Source of the DNA: Clostridia bacterium
GTDB taxonomy: Bacteria; Bacillota; Clostridia; UBA1212
DNA length: 63,107 nt
Assembly (NCBI GenBank): GCA_017848335.1
Contig: JAGDAX010000052.1
Span: 1 to 63,107, forward strand
Direction: 5' to 3'
The first letter of the stretch is position 1. Each line of letters starts with the position of its first letter. The notes below the pieces were generated by a model. The model was not told the origin of the DNA. It did not search any database and worked only from the letters and a program-made list of their open reading frames with translations. The position numbers and the translations under genes were made by a program. Positions 1 to 9,137 of the stretch are shown piece by piece.

Positions 1-27
1 CAAATAATATTGCGGTTTAAACGTCAG

Positions 28-56
28 GCCGGAGCTCCTTTTGGGGCTCCGGTTTT
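28..56 (+). terminator. Intrinsic terminator-like hairpin (for a gene upstream of the window)
   Basis: CCGGAGCTCC-TTTT-GGGGCTCCGG stem followed by TTTT. Confidence 0.5.
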
Positions 57-194
57 CGGAATAAGGAAGCCCGGGGCTTTTTGCGGCTTGGCTTTTTGGG
101 GGCTTGGAATTTTTGAGCCCGGAGTTTTCGGAGCCGGTTTTTATTCGGAGCTGATTTTTATACGGAGTTTTTAAGAGCGGAGTTTTGATACAGT

Positions 195-956
195 ATGGGT
201 TCGCTTATCAAAGAAACCTTTAAGGGTTTGTTCAAAAAGAAGGAAAAAAAGAGGATATGGGAGCTGGACGCTGCCAGAGGGGTTTGTATTATCGGCGTGA
301 TCGTCATTCACCTGGTGTTCGATATCCGTGAGCTTTTCGGTATCAGCTTCGAGACGCCTCTGTGGTTTGACCTTTTGCAGAAGTACGGCGGGATCCTGTT
401 TATTATTCTGTCGGGAATATGCATAACTCTGGGGAAGCACCACATCATAAGAGGACTGATCGTGGCGGTCTCTGCAGGGATCATATCGCTTGTGACGCTA
501 ATAATGTTCGACAGGAACGACGGCCTTTATATTCTGTTCGGAATACTTCATTTGCTTGCGTTTTGCATGCTTACCTACGGATTGTACAGAAGGCTGCCCT
601 GGCCAGTTATTCTGGTCCTCGGGATAGCTTCGATTGCTTTGGGAATCTATTTCAAGACGCTGGTGGTCGAGCAGAAATTCCTGTTTCCTCTTGGACTTAT
701 GTACAGGGGCTTCAGCGCGGGGGATTACTTCCCGATTTTCCCGAATCTCGGGTACTTTATGGTGGGCGTTGTCATCGGCAGGACGGTTTACAAGGAAAAG
801 AAAACGCTCTTCCCGAAGGCTAATGAGAATAATTTCATTATCAGGTTTTTCTCGTTCTGCGGAAGGCATTCGCTGCTGATCTACCTGCTGCACCAGCCGG
901 TATTCTACGGAGTAGGGTCGCTGGTAATGTTTTTCAGGAATTTAGTGAAGAATTAG
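195..956 (+). CDS. DUF1624 / heparan-alpha-glucosaminide N-acetyltransferase-like membrane acyltransferase
   Basis: 253 aa, multi-TM; N-terminal RIWELDAARG, FGILHLL, DYFPIFP and GRHSLLIYLLHQP motifs typical of the family. Confidence 0.8.
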   Translation: MGSLIKETFKGLFKKKEKKRIWELDAARGVCIIGVIVIHLVFDIRELFGISFETPLWFDLLQKYGGILFIILSGICITLGKHHIIRGLIVAVSAGIISLVTLIMFDRNDGLYILFGILHLLAFCMLTYGLYRRLPWPVILVLGIASIALGIYFKTLVVEQKFLFPLGLMYRGFSAGDYFPIFPNLGYFMVGVVIGRTVYKEKKTLFPKANENNFIIRFFSFCGRHSLLIYLLHQPVFYGVGSLVMFFRNLVKN

Positions 957-1039
957 AAACCGGGAGAATATTCCAAATACCGTATGGATCAATGCAGGAG
1001 CAGACCGGTAAGGATTTAGAATAGAATCAGGTCAAAAAG

Positions 1040-1072
1040 GCGCGTGTTTCGTTGCGGAATGCGCGCTTTTTT
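1040..1072 (+). terminator. Intrinsic terminator
   Basis: 12-bp stem GCGCGTGTTTCG/CGGAATGCGCGC (with G-U pairs), TTG loop, then T6. Confidence 0.7.
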
Positions 1073-1225
1073 ATTGCTGCGCAGGAGATTTCCGGACTTC
1101 GGCGGGAAACTGTCGGTTATTGTCGGGACCGGTCGGGAATTGTCGGAATTTGTCGAATTTTGTCGATGAGTGCAAAAGGAAATTATGATTGAATTGTCGT
1201 ACAATTGATTGCGGAGGTGAGGCCG

Positions 1226-1498
1226 GTGAAGGCGGAAAAGATTATGTCGCGGCTGTTGAAATATCCCGGGATAGGGAACGGGGGAAGCTTCTCGGTTGAG
1301 GCGGCGATCGTCGTGCCGATCGTCATCTTGTTCATTGCGCTTCTGCTGTACGTCAACGTCAGGTTTTACGCGAATGCTGTCAGGTATACCGAAATCGGGC
1401 ACGGGGAGGGTGCTGACTGCGCGGAGGTGCACAGGGCGGTCAGTTCGGTTTTTGACGCCGGGGGTGATATTTTTGAGATGCTGTTCGGGGATGAATGA
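1226..1498 (+). CDS. TadE-like minor pilin/pseudopilin (short)
   Basis: GGAGGTGA RBS then GTG at 1226; class III signal-like NGG|SFSVEAAIVVPIVILF with Glu at +5 and a hydrophobic helix. Confidence 0.65.
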   Translation: MKAEKIMSRLLKYPGIGNGGSFSVEAAIVVPIVILFIALLLYVNVRFYANAVRYTEIGHGEGADCAEVHRAVSSVFDAGGDIFEMLFGDE

Positions 1499-3662
1499 TA
1501 ACAGGGGAGTTGTGACTCCGTTTGTGAGTATTGTGGTTGCGCTTGCGGCGTTCTTCAATTTTGTGATGCAGGATCATATTGCGATCAGCTACCAGGTCGG
1601 CTACACGGAGAGGCTGTGCAGGCTGGCGACGGGGTCTGTGCTCGCGCAGTTCGATAAGAGGCTTGAGTCAAGCTATGGGATTTATTGCATTGACGCGGCC
1701 AAGGAGAGCGAGCTTTGCAACAGGTTTTATCAGATAATGGAGGAAGAAGAGTATTCGGCGCTGGACTATTTGTTCGGGGACGGGAGCCTTGACGTGATGA
1801 AGCTGAAACGGCGCGACGTCACAGGGATAAAACTGGAGTTCGGAGAGAGTCTTAGGGACAGCGGGGTGCTTGAGCGCGAGATCGCGGAGCTCATGAAATA
1901 CAAATCGGTGGGAAACGCGGCGGTTAAGGCTGTATCGATACTGAATGAGGTCTGCGGAGGCTCCGGGACGGCCGGTGCGATGTCGTACCTTAACAGGGCG
2001 GATAAGATATTGAAGGAGATCGATGAGCAGAAGAAGCTTCTCGAGGTGGCGCTGGAGGGAACCGGCGGGATACCGGGGACGGGGGTGAACGGTTTTTTTG
2101 ATACCGTGTTTGCGCTTGGCCGGGATACTCTTCTCGAGGGTGTTGAGAGCAGCATTCCGGATGCGGTCGTTGTTACCGACAGGAATGCAGTAAGCGGGAT
2201 ACTGGATGCGCTGGCTTTATATTGCTCCGGCGCTGAGGTGTACGGGGACAAGAATAAGTCCGCGCTTTCGGTGACCGAGAAGATCATTGAGCTGAAGGGG
2301 GACGCGGAGGAGCAGATGGCGCTTGCGGAGGCGGCGCGTGACGGAGATGAAGGCGGGTCGAAGGAAGAGCTGAACAGGCTGATCTACGAGAGGCGCAAAA
2401 GCCTGACCGAGGTGGGCGATTATTCTTTTGTGGCAGAGATGCTTTCGGATAATTATTTCAGGATGCAGGAATGCCTTGCGAGGCTTGACCGTGTGAAGGA
2501 AACTGCGGCGGATTCGGGTTTTGTCACTGCAGGGGACGTACGCAATACGCTTGCTGCCGCCGCGGAGGCTTACGATAATTACGTGAGGGTGGAGCAGAAG
2601 ACCAAAGCGAGGGAAGATATCGGAGGCGAGACGTTTGATATTTACGAGCATGCTGTGGACGCGGCGTCTGCTATTCTCGATTTTCTGCCGGCGGGGAACG
2701 TTACGATACCTGAGGATATATATGAGGGGCTGCCTTCGAGGGACACGGAATCGGGCGGCGCAGATGATACGGTAAGCCGGCTCGTGGATATCACTTACGC
2801 TCTTGACCCGGTGCTTTTGGGCAGGATCTGCGAAGCGTTCAAGTCGCTTGGCGAAAACGGATCCTTTGATATATTAAACGGGTATTTCGTGGATGATTAC
2901 GTCTGCACATATATGAACGATACGTCCGGCCCTAAGGATATCAACGATCATTATTTGAACGGCGAAACGGAATATATATTCGCGGGCTCGAGGTCTGACG
3001 ACGAGAATATGATAGCGGCGTACAGCGGAATCTATGCGGTCAGGCTCATTATGAATATAGAGCATCTGCTTACGAATGAAGAGAAGCGAGAGGCGCTGGA
3101 GACGCTTTCGGAGGCGCATCCTGTCCTGGCTGCTGCGGCCGCAGTGTCGTGGGCCTCGCTTGAAGCGGCGCTTGATATCGCAGAGCTGAGGCAGAACAAG
3201 ACGGTGCCGCTTGTGAAAAGGGCGTCCGACTGGAAAATATCAAGCTGGGGAGGGATTTCCGCAGAAGGCGGCATTAGCGCTGCAGGTGGCATTAGCGCTG
3301 CAGGCGGCATTAGCGCTGCAGGTGGCGGAGAAGGCTTTGGCGGCGGAGAAGGCTTGTTCGGAGAAGGTAGCGGAGGCAAAGAAGACGGTGAGGACGGATC
3401 TTTGTCAAATCTTTCGGATATGGGGTACAGCGATTATCTGAGGCTGCTGCTGTTGCTGGTGCCAAAGGAGGTAAAGCTAATGAGGATCCTTGACGTGCTG
3501 GAGCTCAACTATTACAAGGACAACAGGGTGTATAAGTCCTTTGATGATTTCTGCACGTCCGTTACCGTGAGGTGCGAGCTGAAGCTTGACACGGTAATGT
3601 GGACTGACGAATTGAAAAGAAACAGATTCGACTGGAGCGTGGAATACAGTGGGAATTATTGA
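1491..3662 (+). CDS. Large Tad-locus protein (TadG/DUF5702-like)
   Basis: Probable start ATG 1491 overlapping the previous stop; N-terminal NRG|VVTPF plus hydrophobic helix, SVLAQFDKRLESSYGI, and C-terminal ETEYIFAGSRSD...N and YSDYLRLLLL motifs of clostridial Tad-associated proteins. Confidence 0.6.
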   Translation: MNDNRGVVTPFVSIVVALAAFFNFVMQDHIAISYQVGYTERLCRLATGSVLAQFDKRLESSYGIYCIDAAKESELCNRFYQIMEEEEYSALDYLFGDGSLDVMKLKRRDVTGIKLEFGESLRDSGVLEREIAELMKYKSVGNAAVKAVSILNEVCGGSGTAGAMSYLNRADKILKEIDEQKKLLEVALEGTGGIPGTGVNGFFDTVFALGRDTLLEGVESSIPDAVVVTDRNAVSGILDALALYCSGAEVYGDKNKSALSVTEKIIELKGDAEEQMALAEAARDGDEGGSKEELNRLIYERRKSLTEVGDYSFVAEMLSDNYFRMQECLARLDRVKETAADSGFVTAGDVRNTLAAAAEAYDNYVRVEQKTKAREDIGGETFDIYEHAVDAASAILDFLPAGNVTIPEDIYEGLPSRDTESGGADDTVSRLVDITYALDPVLLGRICEAFKSLGENGSFDILNGYFVDDYVCTYMNDTSGPKDINDHYLNGETEYIFAGSRSDDENMIAAYSGIYAVRLIMNIEHLLTNEEKREALETLSEAHPVLAAAAAVSWASLEAALDIAELRQNKTVPLVKRASDWKISSWGGISAEGGISAAGGISAAGGISAAGGGEGFGGGEGLFGEGSGGKEDGEDGSLSNLSDMGYSDYLRLLLLLVPKEVKLMRILDVLELNYYKDNRVYKSFDDFCTSVTVRCELKLDTVMWTDELKRNRFDWSVEYSGNY

Positions 3663-4656
3663 CGGGATTCGGAATAAGCGGGGGAGCATAAGCATCGAGG
3701 CGGCTCTGACGCTGCCGCTTGTTGCGGGAACTTTTTTTCTGTTCATCTGCGTCATACAGTCACTTTGCCTTCATGCGGCGGTTTCAAATGCCTCTCTCAC
3801 GGTGTCCGAGAAGATAGCCGCCGATTCGGTCATATTTTACAAGAGCGGCTTCAACAATCTAAAGGACGGCGTCAAAAAGGCTGCGCTTTCCCTGCTGCCG
3901 GATGACGGTGTGTCCGGCGCGATATCGCAAAGCCTTGGCGACGTTGCTTTCGGTAAGCTCGAATCGGCCGCCTGGTCAGCTGTGCTGACGCCGATACTGG
4001 AGCGTGAAATTAAAAAAGAGATCGAAATGACAGGAATCAAAATGGAGCTCCGCGGAGTGAGCCTTGCAGGGAGCAGCTTTTACGAGAACGGCAACGAGTT
4101 CGAGCTGCGGGTGAGGTGCGGCGCCGATTATATTCTGCCTATGTTTTTCACCCGCGGGAAGGGGATCGAAACCACCTGCTGCGTCAAGGGAAACGGATGG
4201 CTTTACGGGGGCACCACAAGGTATACAGTCGCGGATATAAACGTATGGGAGCTTTCGAACCTTAAGCGCGGCAAGGTCATAGAGGAGGTTTTCGGTTCGA
4301 ATCTGCCGGAGTTCTTCCCGGTGGTCGACCTCTACGACAGCAAGTCGAAGACCGTGACTGTGTTTGTGAGCATTGACGTTACAGCGCCGTATTACAGTAA
4401 CGAATCGAATCTCAGGAGGGCGTTGTTTTCGCATTGCGGGAAGCTGAAAGACTTTGAGGGCGGAGAGGCGGAGGGCGTTAAGATCGACGCGAAGGATATT
4501 AAGCACAGGAAGATATTGCTGGTGCTGCCCGACAACGCCTCCGACATCGCATATGCCAATACGTTATTGAATCTGTCAATTGACTGCGGACTTAAATACA
4601 ACGTGACTGTTGAAGCTGTGTTCTATCAGCATTCATACGTCCACGAGAATAAGTGA
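3649..4656 (+). CDS. TadE-like pilin with C-terminal CdiA-CT-like (PD-(D/E)xK fold) domain, probably degenerate
   Basis: KRG|SISIEAALTLP pilin N-terminus; C-terminal RGKVIEEVFGSNLPEFFPVVDLYD...SIDVT...IKHRKILLVLP resembles nuclease toxin domains. Confidence 0.65.
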   Translation: MGIIDGIRNKRGSISIEAALTLPLVAGTFFLFICVIQSLCLHAAVSNASLTVSEKIAADSVIFYKSGFNNLKDGVKKAALSLLPDDGVSGAISQSLGDVAFGKLESAAWSAVLTPILEREIKKEIEMTGIKMELRGVSLAGSSFYENGNEFELRVRCGADYILPMFFTRGKGIETTCCVKGNGWLYGGTTRYTVADINVWELSNLKRGKVIEEVFGSNLPEFFPVVDLYDSKSKTVTVFVSIDVTAPYYSNESNLRRALFSHCGKLKDFEGGEAEGVKIDAKDIKHRKILLVLPDNASDIAYANTLLNLSIDCGLKYNVTVEAVFYQHSYVHENK

Positions 4657-4912
4657 GGCGAAGTCAGGGAGCTACGAGAGGATTCGGGGAATTTCGAAAA
4701 GCTTCAGGAGGATCCGGGAAGCTTTGAGAGGCTTCAAGAGGCTTCCGGGGGATTTGAGAGGCTTCAAGAGAATTCACGGAATTACGGGAAGCTTCAGGAA
4801 GCATCAGAAAATCTGCGCTGCTGCTTTTGAAACGGATAGACTTTGAGCACGGTATTATGGTAAAATCCAGACGTAAAGGAAAAATTTTTTGAAAGCTTAG
4901 CACGGGGTTATT

Positions 4913-6655
4913 ATGAATTCAAAACTGTTGAAACTAACTGTTGCCGCACTGGTGATCCTTGCCGGTCTGGCGCTGCTTTCGGCGTGCTCTGACGTGAAGC
5001 CGGGCAGAAGGGTGGTTGAGTTTCCTGACAGCGCCGCGCCGGAATTCACGGATGAAAATATCCGTATGGACGTGACCGTGGACGGCGAGCCTGAGGTAAT
5101 TTACGCGCCTTTAAAAGGAGGGGTCGGTTACAGATACGGGCCGGTCTTTATGTACTATCCCGACGGCTCCTGCGACGCATGGTTTGCCACCACGGGTGCG
5201 AACGGAGACTGGGACTGGCTCACGGTGAGGCATGCCGAAAAGGATTTCCAATTCGGAGAGGAAAAGGTGTGCCTTGTGCCGACGCCGAATTCGATGGACA
5301 AATATTCCTGCTGCGACCCGGGTATCGTATATTTCAACGGGTATTATTATCTGGGCTATACTTCGACCATCACCGAAACTAACGGAGGCTGCAACAACAA
5401 CGTCTTTGTGGCAAGGTCGCGCAATCCTGAGGGTCCTTACGAAAAATGGGACGGAGAAGGCTGGGGCGGCGACCCGGAGCCGATCATCTACTACGATGAG
5501 GAATTTCTGTTCTACGGCGCGGGAGAGCCGAGCTTTGTGATTCTCGGTGACACGCTGTACATTTACTACACGTGGATATGCGGTCACGGCTCGTTCCTCG
5601 GTGTGGCGACGGCCGATCTTTCCGAGAACTGGCCCGCAACGGTTAAGGTCCACGAGGATAAGCTGATGAGGAAGCAAAGCGATTCCTTCGACGTGATCTA
5701 CGTGGAGGAGACGGGAAGGTTTCTCGCGTTTGCCACGGAGCACAGGATTACGAGAAACAGCGGCATCGTGGTGTATGAATCAACCAACGGGCTTGATTTT
5801 ACGAGGAACGAGCTTCTGCGAGGCGGCCTGTACGCGTACTGTCACAATATGGGCATCGCAAGGCGCCCCGACGGACACGTGAGGCTGACGGATAATATTG
5901 TGGTCGGGTATGCCTTCAGCGACGGCGGGCCGGACAACTGGGGAAAATGGGCAACCGCCATCCAGCCTGTTAAGCTTTCGATTTCGGACGCGGAATCAAT
6001 GAAGATCGACGACGAAAAGACGCTCAGCACCGTTCGCGAGGATTGCTTCTCGGAGCCTTTGCAGAATCCGACAGCCATTAATTTCTGCGCTCTTCCGAGG
6101 TATATTGAGGCGTACAACTTCTCCGAATACACGGATCTGGCGTTCTGCTGGTATGACCGGAATCTTGCGCCGTATCCTGTCACGGACGTAAAGAACGTCA
6201 AGGCGGTGGATTACGATAAGTCGCTGGTTTCCTTCAAGGGCAACCGGATGTATATACTCGGAAAGGTGGGTGAAACCAGGGTCACGTTCAAGTACAAGGG
6301 TTTCAGCGACACGATTGTCGTGGCTATAAGGGATAACGAAACCGATATTGATAATCCTTACAGGAGGGAGGTGAAGAGCGCTGAGCTCGTGAATGATGAG
6401 TTTATTATTCCGCTGAGCTGCGTTCACCGTCGGCAGATCAGATACCACGTGATATTTACCGACAATTCGTGGTGCGAGACATACGGCGAGCCGGCGATCG
6501 TGAAGAAGTTCCCGGTCACTTACGTGTCCCAAAACGAGGCGGTCGCGTATTGCGACGAGAACGGGTTTATTATTCCGCAAAGCGTGGGTGAGACATATAT
6601 CGAGGCCACCGTCGCGGGAATAACGAGGCGCGTGCGCGTTGTGATCGTGGAGTAA
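4913..6655 (+). CDS. Lipoprotein, five-bladed beta-propeller glycoside hydrolase (GH43/GH32-clan-like) with C-terminal Ig-like domains
   Basis: Lipobox LLSAC; CCDPGIVYFNGYYYLGYT, GAGEPS and SDSFDV blade motifs; Big_2-like C-terminus. Confidence 0.7.
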   Translation: MNSKLLKLTVAALVILAGLALLSACSDVKPGRRVVEFPDSAAPEFTDENIRMDVTVDGEPEVIYAPLKGGVGYRYGPVFMYYPDGSCDAWFATTGANGDWDWLTVRHAEKDFQFGEEKVCLVPTPNSMDKYSCCDPGIVYFNGYYYLGYTSTITETNGGCNNNVFVARSRNPEGPYEKWDGEGWGGDPEPIIYYDEEFLFYGAGEPSFVILGDTLYIYYTWICGHGSFLGVATADLSENWPATVKVHEDKLMRKQSDSFDVIYVEETGRFLAFATEHRITRNSGIVVYESTNGLDFTRNELLRGGLYAYCHNMGIARRPDGHVRLTDNIVVGYAFSDGGPDNWGKWATAIQPVKLSISDAESMKIDDEKTLSTVREDCFSEPLQNPTAINFCALPRYIEAYNFSEYTDLAFCWYDRNLAPYPVTDVKNVKAVDYDKSLVSFKGNRMYILGKVGETRVTFKYKGFSDTIVVAIRDNETDIDNPYRREVKSAELVNDEFIIPLSCVHRRQIRYHVIFTDNSWCETYGEPAIVKKFPVTYVSQNEAVAYCDENGFIIPQSVGETYIEATVAGITRRVRVVIVE

Positions 6656-6692
6656 GGGCGGGGGCTAAAGACAAGAGCCGCGAAGCGAGCTT

Positions 6693-6762
6693 GCACCCTG
6701 CACCGTGCACCCGGCACGGTGCATCCGGCACCTGGCACCCGACGCTCAGCACACTGCACGTG
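6693..6762. repeat. Tandem heptamer array (GCACCCG consensus, 10 units)
   Basis: GCACCCT GCACCGT GCACCCG GCACGGT GCATCCG GCACCTG GCACCCG ACGCTCA GCACACT GCACGTG. Confidence 0.8.
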
Positions 6763-6826
6763 CCGCAGATAATATCAGAAATCAAGGCTTCGGCCTTTTT
6801 AAAAGCATTTTGACTGAACACTTATT

Positions 6827-8716
6827 ATGACTAAAACATTTTTGACTAAATTGACTAAGCAGATTCGTATTGGCGCGCTGATTTTATTATCGGCTATGGT
6901 TTTATTGTCCTGTACAGGTATGGAGAACGAAAACAAACAGGCGGTTCCGAAATATAAGGTTTCATATATTGACGGGTACACCGCGGATGAGTATTACAAC
7001 AACGGCAACAGCACGGATTTCGTTATCGGCATTGACGAGTTCGGAAGGACCTTCGGCGAGACGCTGGGAGAGAAGGAGGACAAGCAGAGGGACGTAGGAA
7101 TATTCTATTTTCTGACGCTGGGTCAGCACGGGGCGGATGATATATATGACGCTTCGAAGATACTTGCTGAGCCTGACGGAGTGCATAAAATGTTTCATTC
7201 CTCTTCACCGGAGGCGCCTGAGGGCGGGATTTTCTTCTGGGGAGAGCCGCTGTACGGGTATTACAATTCCTCCGACGCGTGGGTCATAAGGCGGCACCTT
7301 GAGCTTCTCACGGAGGCGGGGGTCGACTTCCTGGTGTTTGATACCACCAATGCCTTCACGTATGACAACGTGGTTCAGAAAATTGTGAAGTCCGTGGTGA
7401 AGCTTCGCGAGGAGGGCTTTGACTGTCCGCAGCTTGCGTATTACAGCAATTCGTATTCGCACCGCGTGATTCAAAGCGTGTATGAGAATTTCTACAAGAA
7501 TGAGAATTACGCTGAGGCATGGTACAGGATCGACGGGAAGCCGTTGATCATCGGGAATATCACTGTGGGCGATGACAAGGCTGAGGCGTGGGGCCGCGGA
7601 GATATGGGCTATAAGTCGTTTGAACTGTCTGACGAGATCAAAGAGTTTTTCAGCTTCAGGGCGTCACAGTGGCCCTTTGCTCCGTTCCTTGACAACGGAT
7701 TTCCGTGGATGGAGTGGACTTATCCGGCGCCTGTTCACGGTGACGTGATAAACGTGGCCGTGGCGGCCCATCCTGCGCTTCCGATGTCCTTCTCGATCAC
7801 GCGAGGGGCAAAGAACTGGGGGCGCGGATATAACGTGAAAACGCAGACCAACGAAGCGGCCGGCGTTATGAAGGGGCAGTATTTCCAGTCCTGCTGGGAT
7901 GTGGCGCTGGAGGAGGACCCGCCGATAGTGTTTGTGACAGGCTGGAACGAATGGGTGGCCGGCAAGAACACGTACGACGGCGAATACGCCATGGTCGATC
8001 TGGCGAATCTTGAATTCTCAAGGGACGCTGAAATCATGAAGGGCGGCTACAACGACGCGTTTTACATTCAGCTTGCTTCGAATATCAGAAAGTACAAGTC
8101 TGTGAACGCGAAGCCCGGACAGCAGTTCAGGCACGAGAACGTTACGATTGATATTGAAGGCGATTTTGCGCAGTGGGACGGCGTCAAGGCGGTCTTTAAA
8201 GCGCCTGTGCTGGAGAATAAACCGCGCAAGTCCTTCGGCGCGGCGCAGACGGTCAGGTACGAGACTCCTGCCGCGAGGAATTATATAAAGGAGATGCGCG
8301 TCACGTCGGACGAGGGGTACTTCTATTTCTTCGTTGAGACGGAGGATGATATTACTGCGCGCGAAGCAGGCGATACGGGCTTTATGAACCTTTTCATCGG
8401 GAAGGGAGCTCTGGCGCTCAAGGGCTTCAACGGCTATGAATTTGTGATAGGCAGGCAGGAGAAGGACGGCAGGCTCAGCGTTGAAAAGCTTTCCGCGGAT
8501 TATTCCGGCAAAAATGCCGGCGAGGTGGATTTCAGGATCGTCGGAAACAAAATGATGATCAGGGTCGCAAGAAGCGTGCTGGGTATCGCCGCGGGCGACA
8601 ACAACCTGTATTTTAAGATGGCGGACGGAATAGAAAAGGCCGACGATATAATGGACTACTACGTGTCCGGCAAGTCATTCCCGGTGGGGAGGCTGAGCTT
8701 CAGATACCTGGGATGA
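6827..8716 (+). CDS. Lipoprotein, GH99/GH71-like TIM-barrel glycoside hydrolase
   Basis: Lipobox VLLSC; FWGEPLYGYY, RRHLELLTEAGVDFLVFDTTN and FVTGWNEW motifs. Confidence 0.65.
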   Translation: MTKTFLTKLTKQIRIGALILLSAMVLLSCTGMENENKQAVPKYKVSYIDGYTADEYYNNGNSTDFVIGIDEFGRTFGETLGEKEDKQRDVGIFYFLTLGQHGADDIYDASKILAEPDGVHKMFHSSSPEAPEGGIFFWGEPLYGYYNSSDAWVIRRHLELLTEAGVDFLVFDTTNAFTYDNVVQKIVKSVVKLREEGFDCPQLAYYSNSYSHRVIQSVYENFYKNENYAEAWYRIDGKPLIIGNITVGDDKAEAWGRGDMGYKSFELSDEIKEFFSFRASQWPFAPFLDNGFPWMEWTYPAPVHGDVINVAVAAHPALPMSFSITRGAKNWGRGYNVKTQTNEAAGVMKGQYFQSCWDVALEEDPPIVFVTGWNEWVAGKNTYDGEYAMVDLANLEFSRDAEIMKGGYNDAFYIQLASNIRKYKSVNAKPGQQFRHENVTIDIEGDFAQWDGVKAVFKAPVLENKPRKSFGAAQTVRYETPAARNYIKEMRVTSDEGYFYFFVETEDDITAREAGDTGFMNLFIGKGALALKGFNGYEFVIGRQEKDGRLSVEKLSADYSGKNAGEVDFRIVGNKMMIRVARSVLGIAAGDNNLYFKMADGIEKADDIMDYYVSGKSFPVGRLSFRYLG

Positions 8717-9012
8717 TCGAAGCCCCGGACGCCCCGGACGCCCCGGACGCACTTGGGCGCACGCGGGCGGCGTGCGGACATTGTTCGTGCTTTGTTTGCG
8801 CTTCGCCGGCTGAGGAGACGGCGTATCGTTTGCGGAAAGCCGCGGAACAGCAGTACGTCGCTTGTGACGGATCAGACGTGGTGAGAGTCGCTTTCTTTCG
8901 AGAGAAATACGCTGAACGAAGGCGCTGTGTCCGGATCCTGCAGAATTCTGACGGTGAGAATATCGCCGCTTGCGGAAAGAGCATTGAATCAGCACTTGCC
9001 GCAGGTTGATAA

Positions 9013-9041
9013 TTGTCTAATTACCGCCGGTATGATATAAT
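9013..9041 (+). promoter_or_regulatory. Sigma-A promoter with extended -10
   Basis: TTGTCT-N17-TATAAT, TG at the extended -10 position. Confidence 0.7.
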
Positions 9042-9137
9042 GACGGAGCCGGTAAGGTTACGTGGCGCAGACGCCCTGTCAGGCGCCTGCATAATTCCGT
9101 ATTTTGATTTGTATTCATTCCGGGGTTTGGGTTATTT

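Noticed and set aside
1296-1490. N-terminal extension of the 788-aa ORF given in the track
   Set aside because: It overlaps the TadE-like ORF in another frame; the real start is more plausibly ATG 1491, which gives a pilin-like leader. Upstream extensions were likewise trimmed for the M23, greA, lysS, NHL and flavodoxin genes
4610-4846. Small ORF after the nuclease-fold pilin as a possible immunity gene
   Set aside because: It overlaps the upstream gene, has no RBS, and is translated from a degenerate intergenic repeat (RGFKR repeats)
8933-8948. Overlapping BamHI-PstI-EcoRI sites (GGATCCTGCAGAATTC) resembling a polylinker
   Set aside because: No vector or adapter sequence on either side; consistent with chance in 63 kb
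8713-9009. 98-aa ORF after the GH99-like gene
   Set aside because: It starts in a 9-bp tandem repeat, has no recognisable motif and atypical codon use; not supportable as a gene
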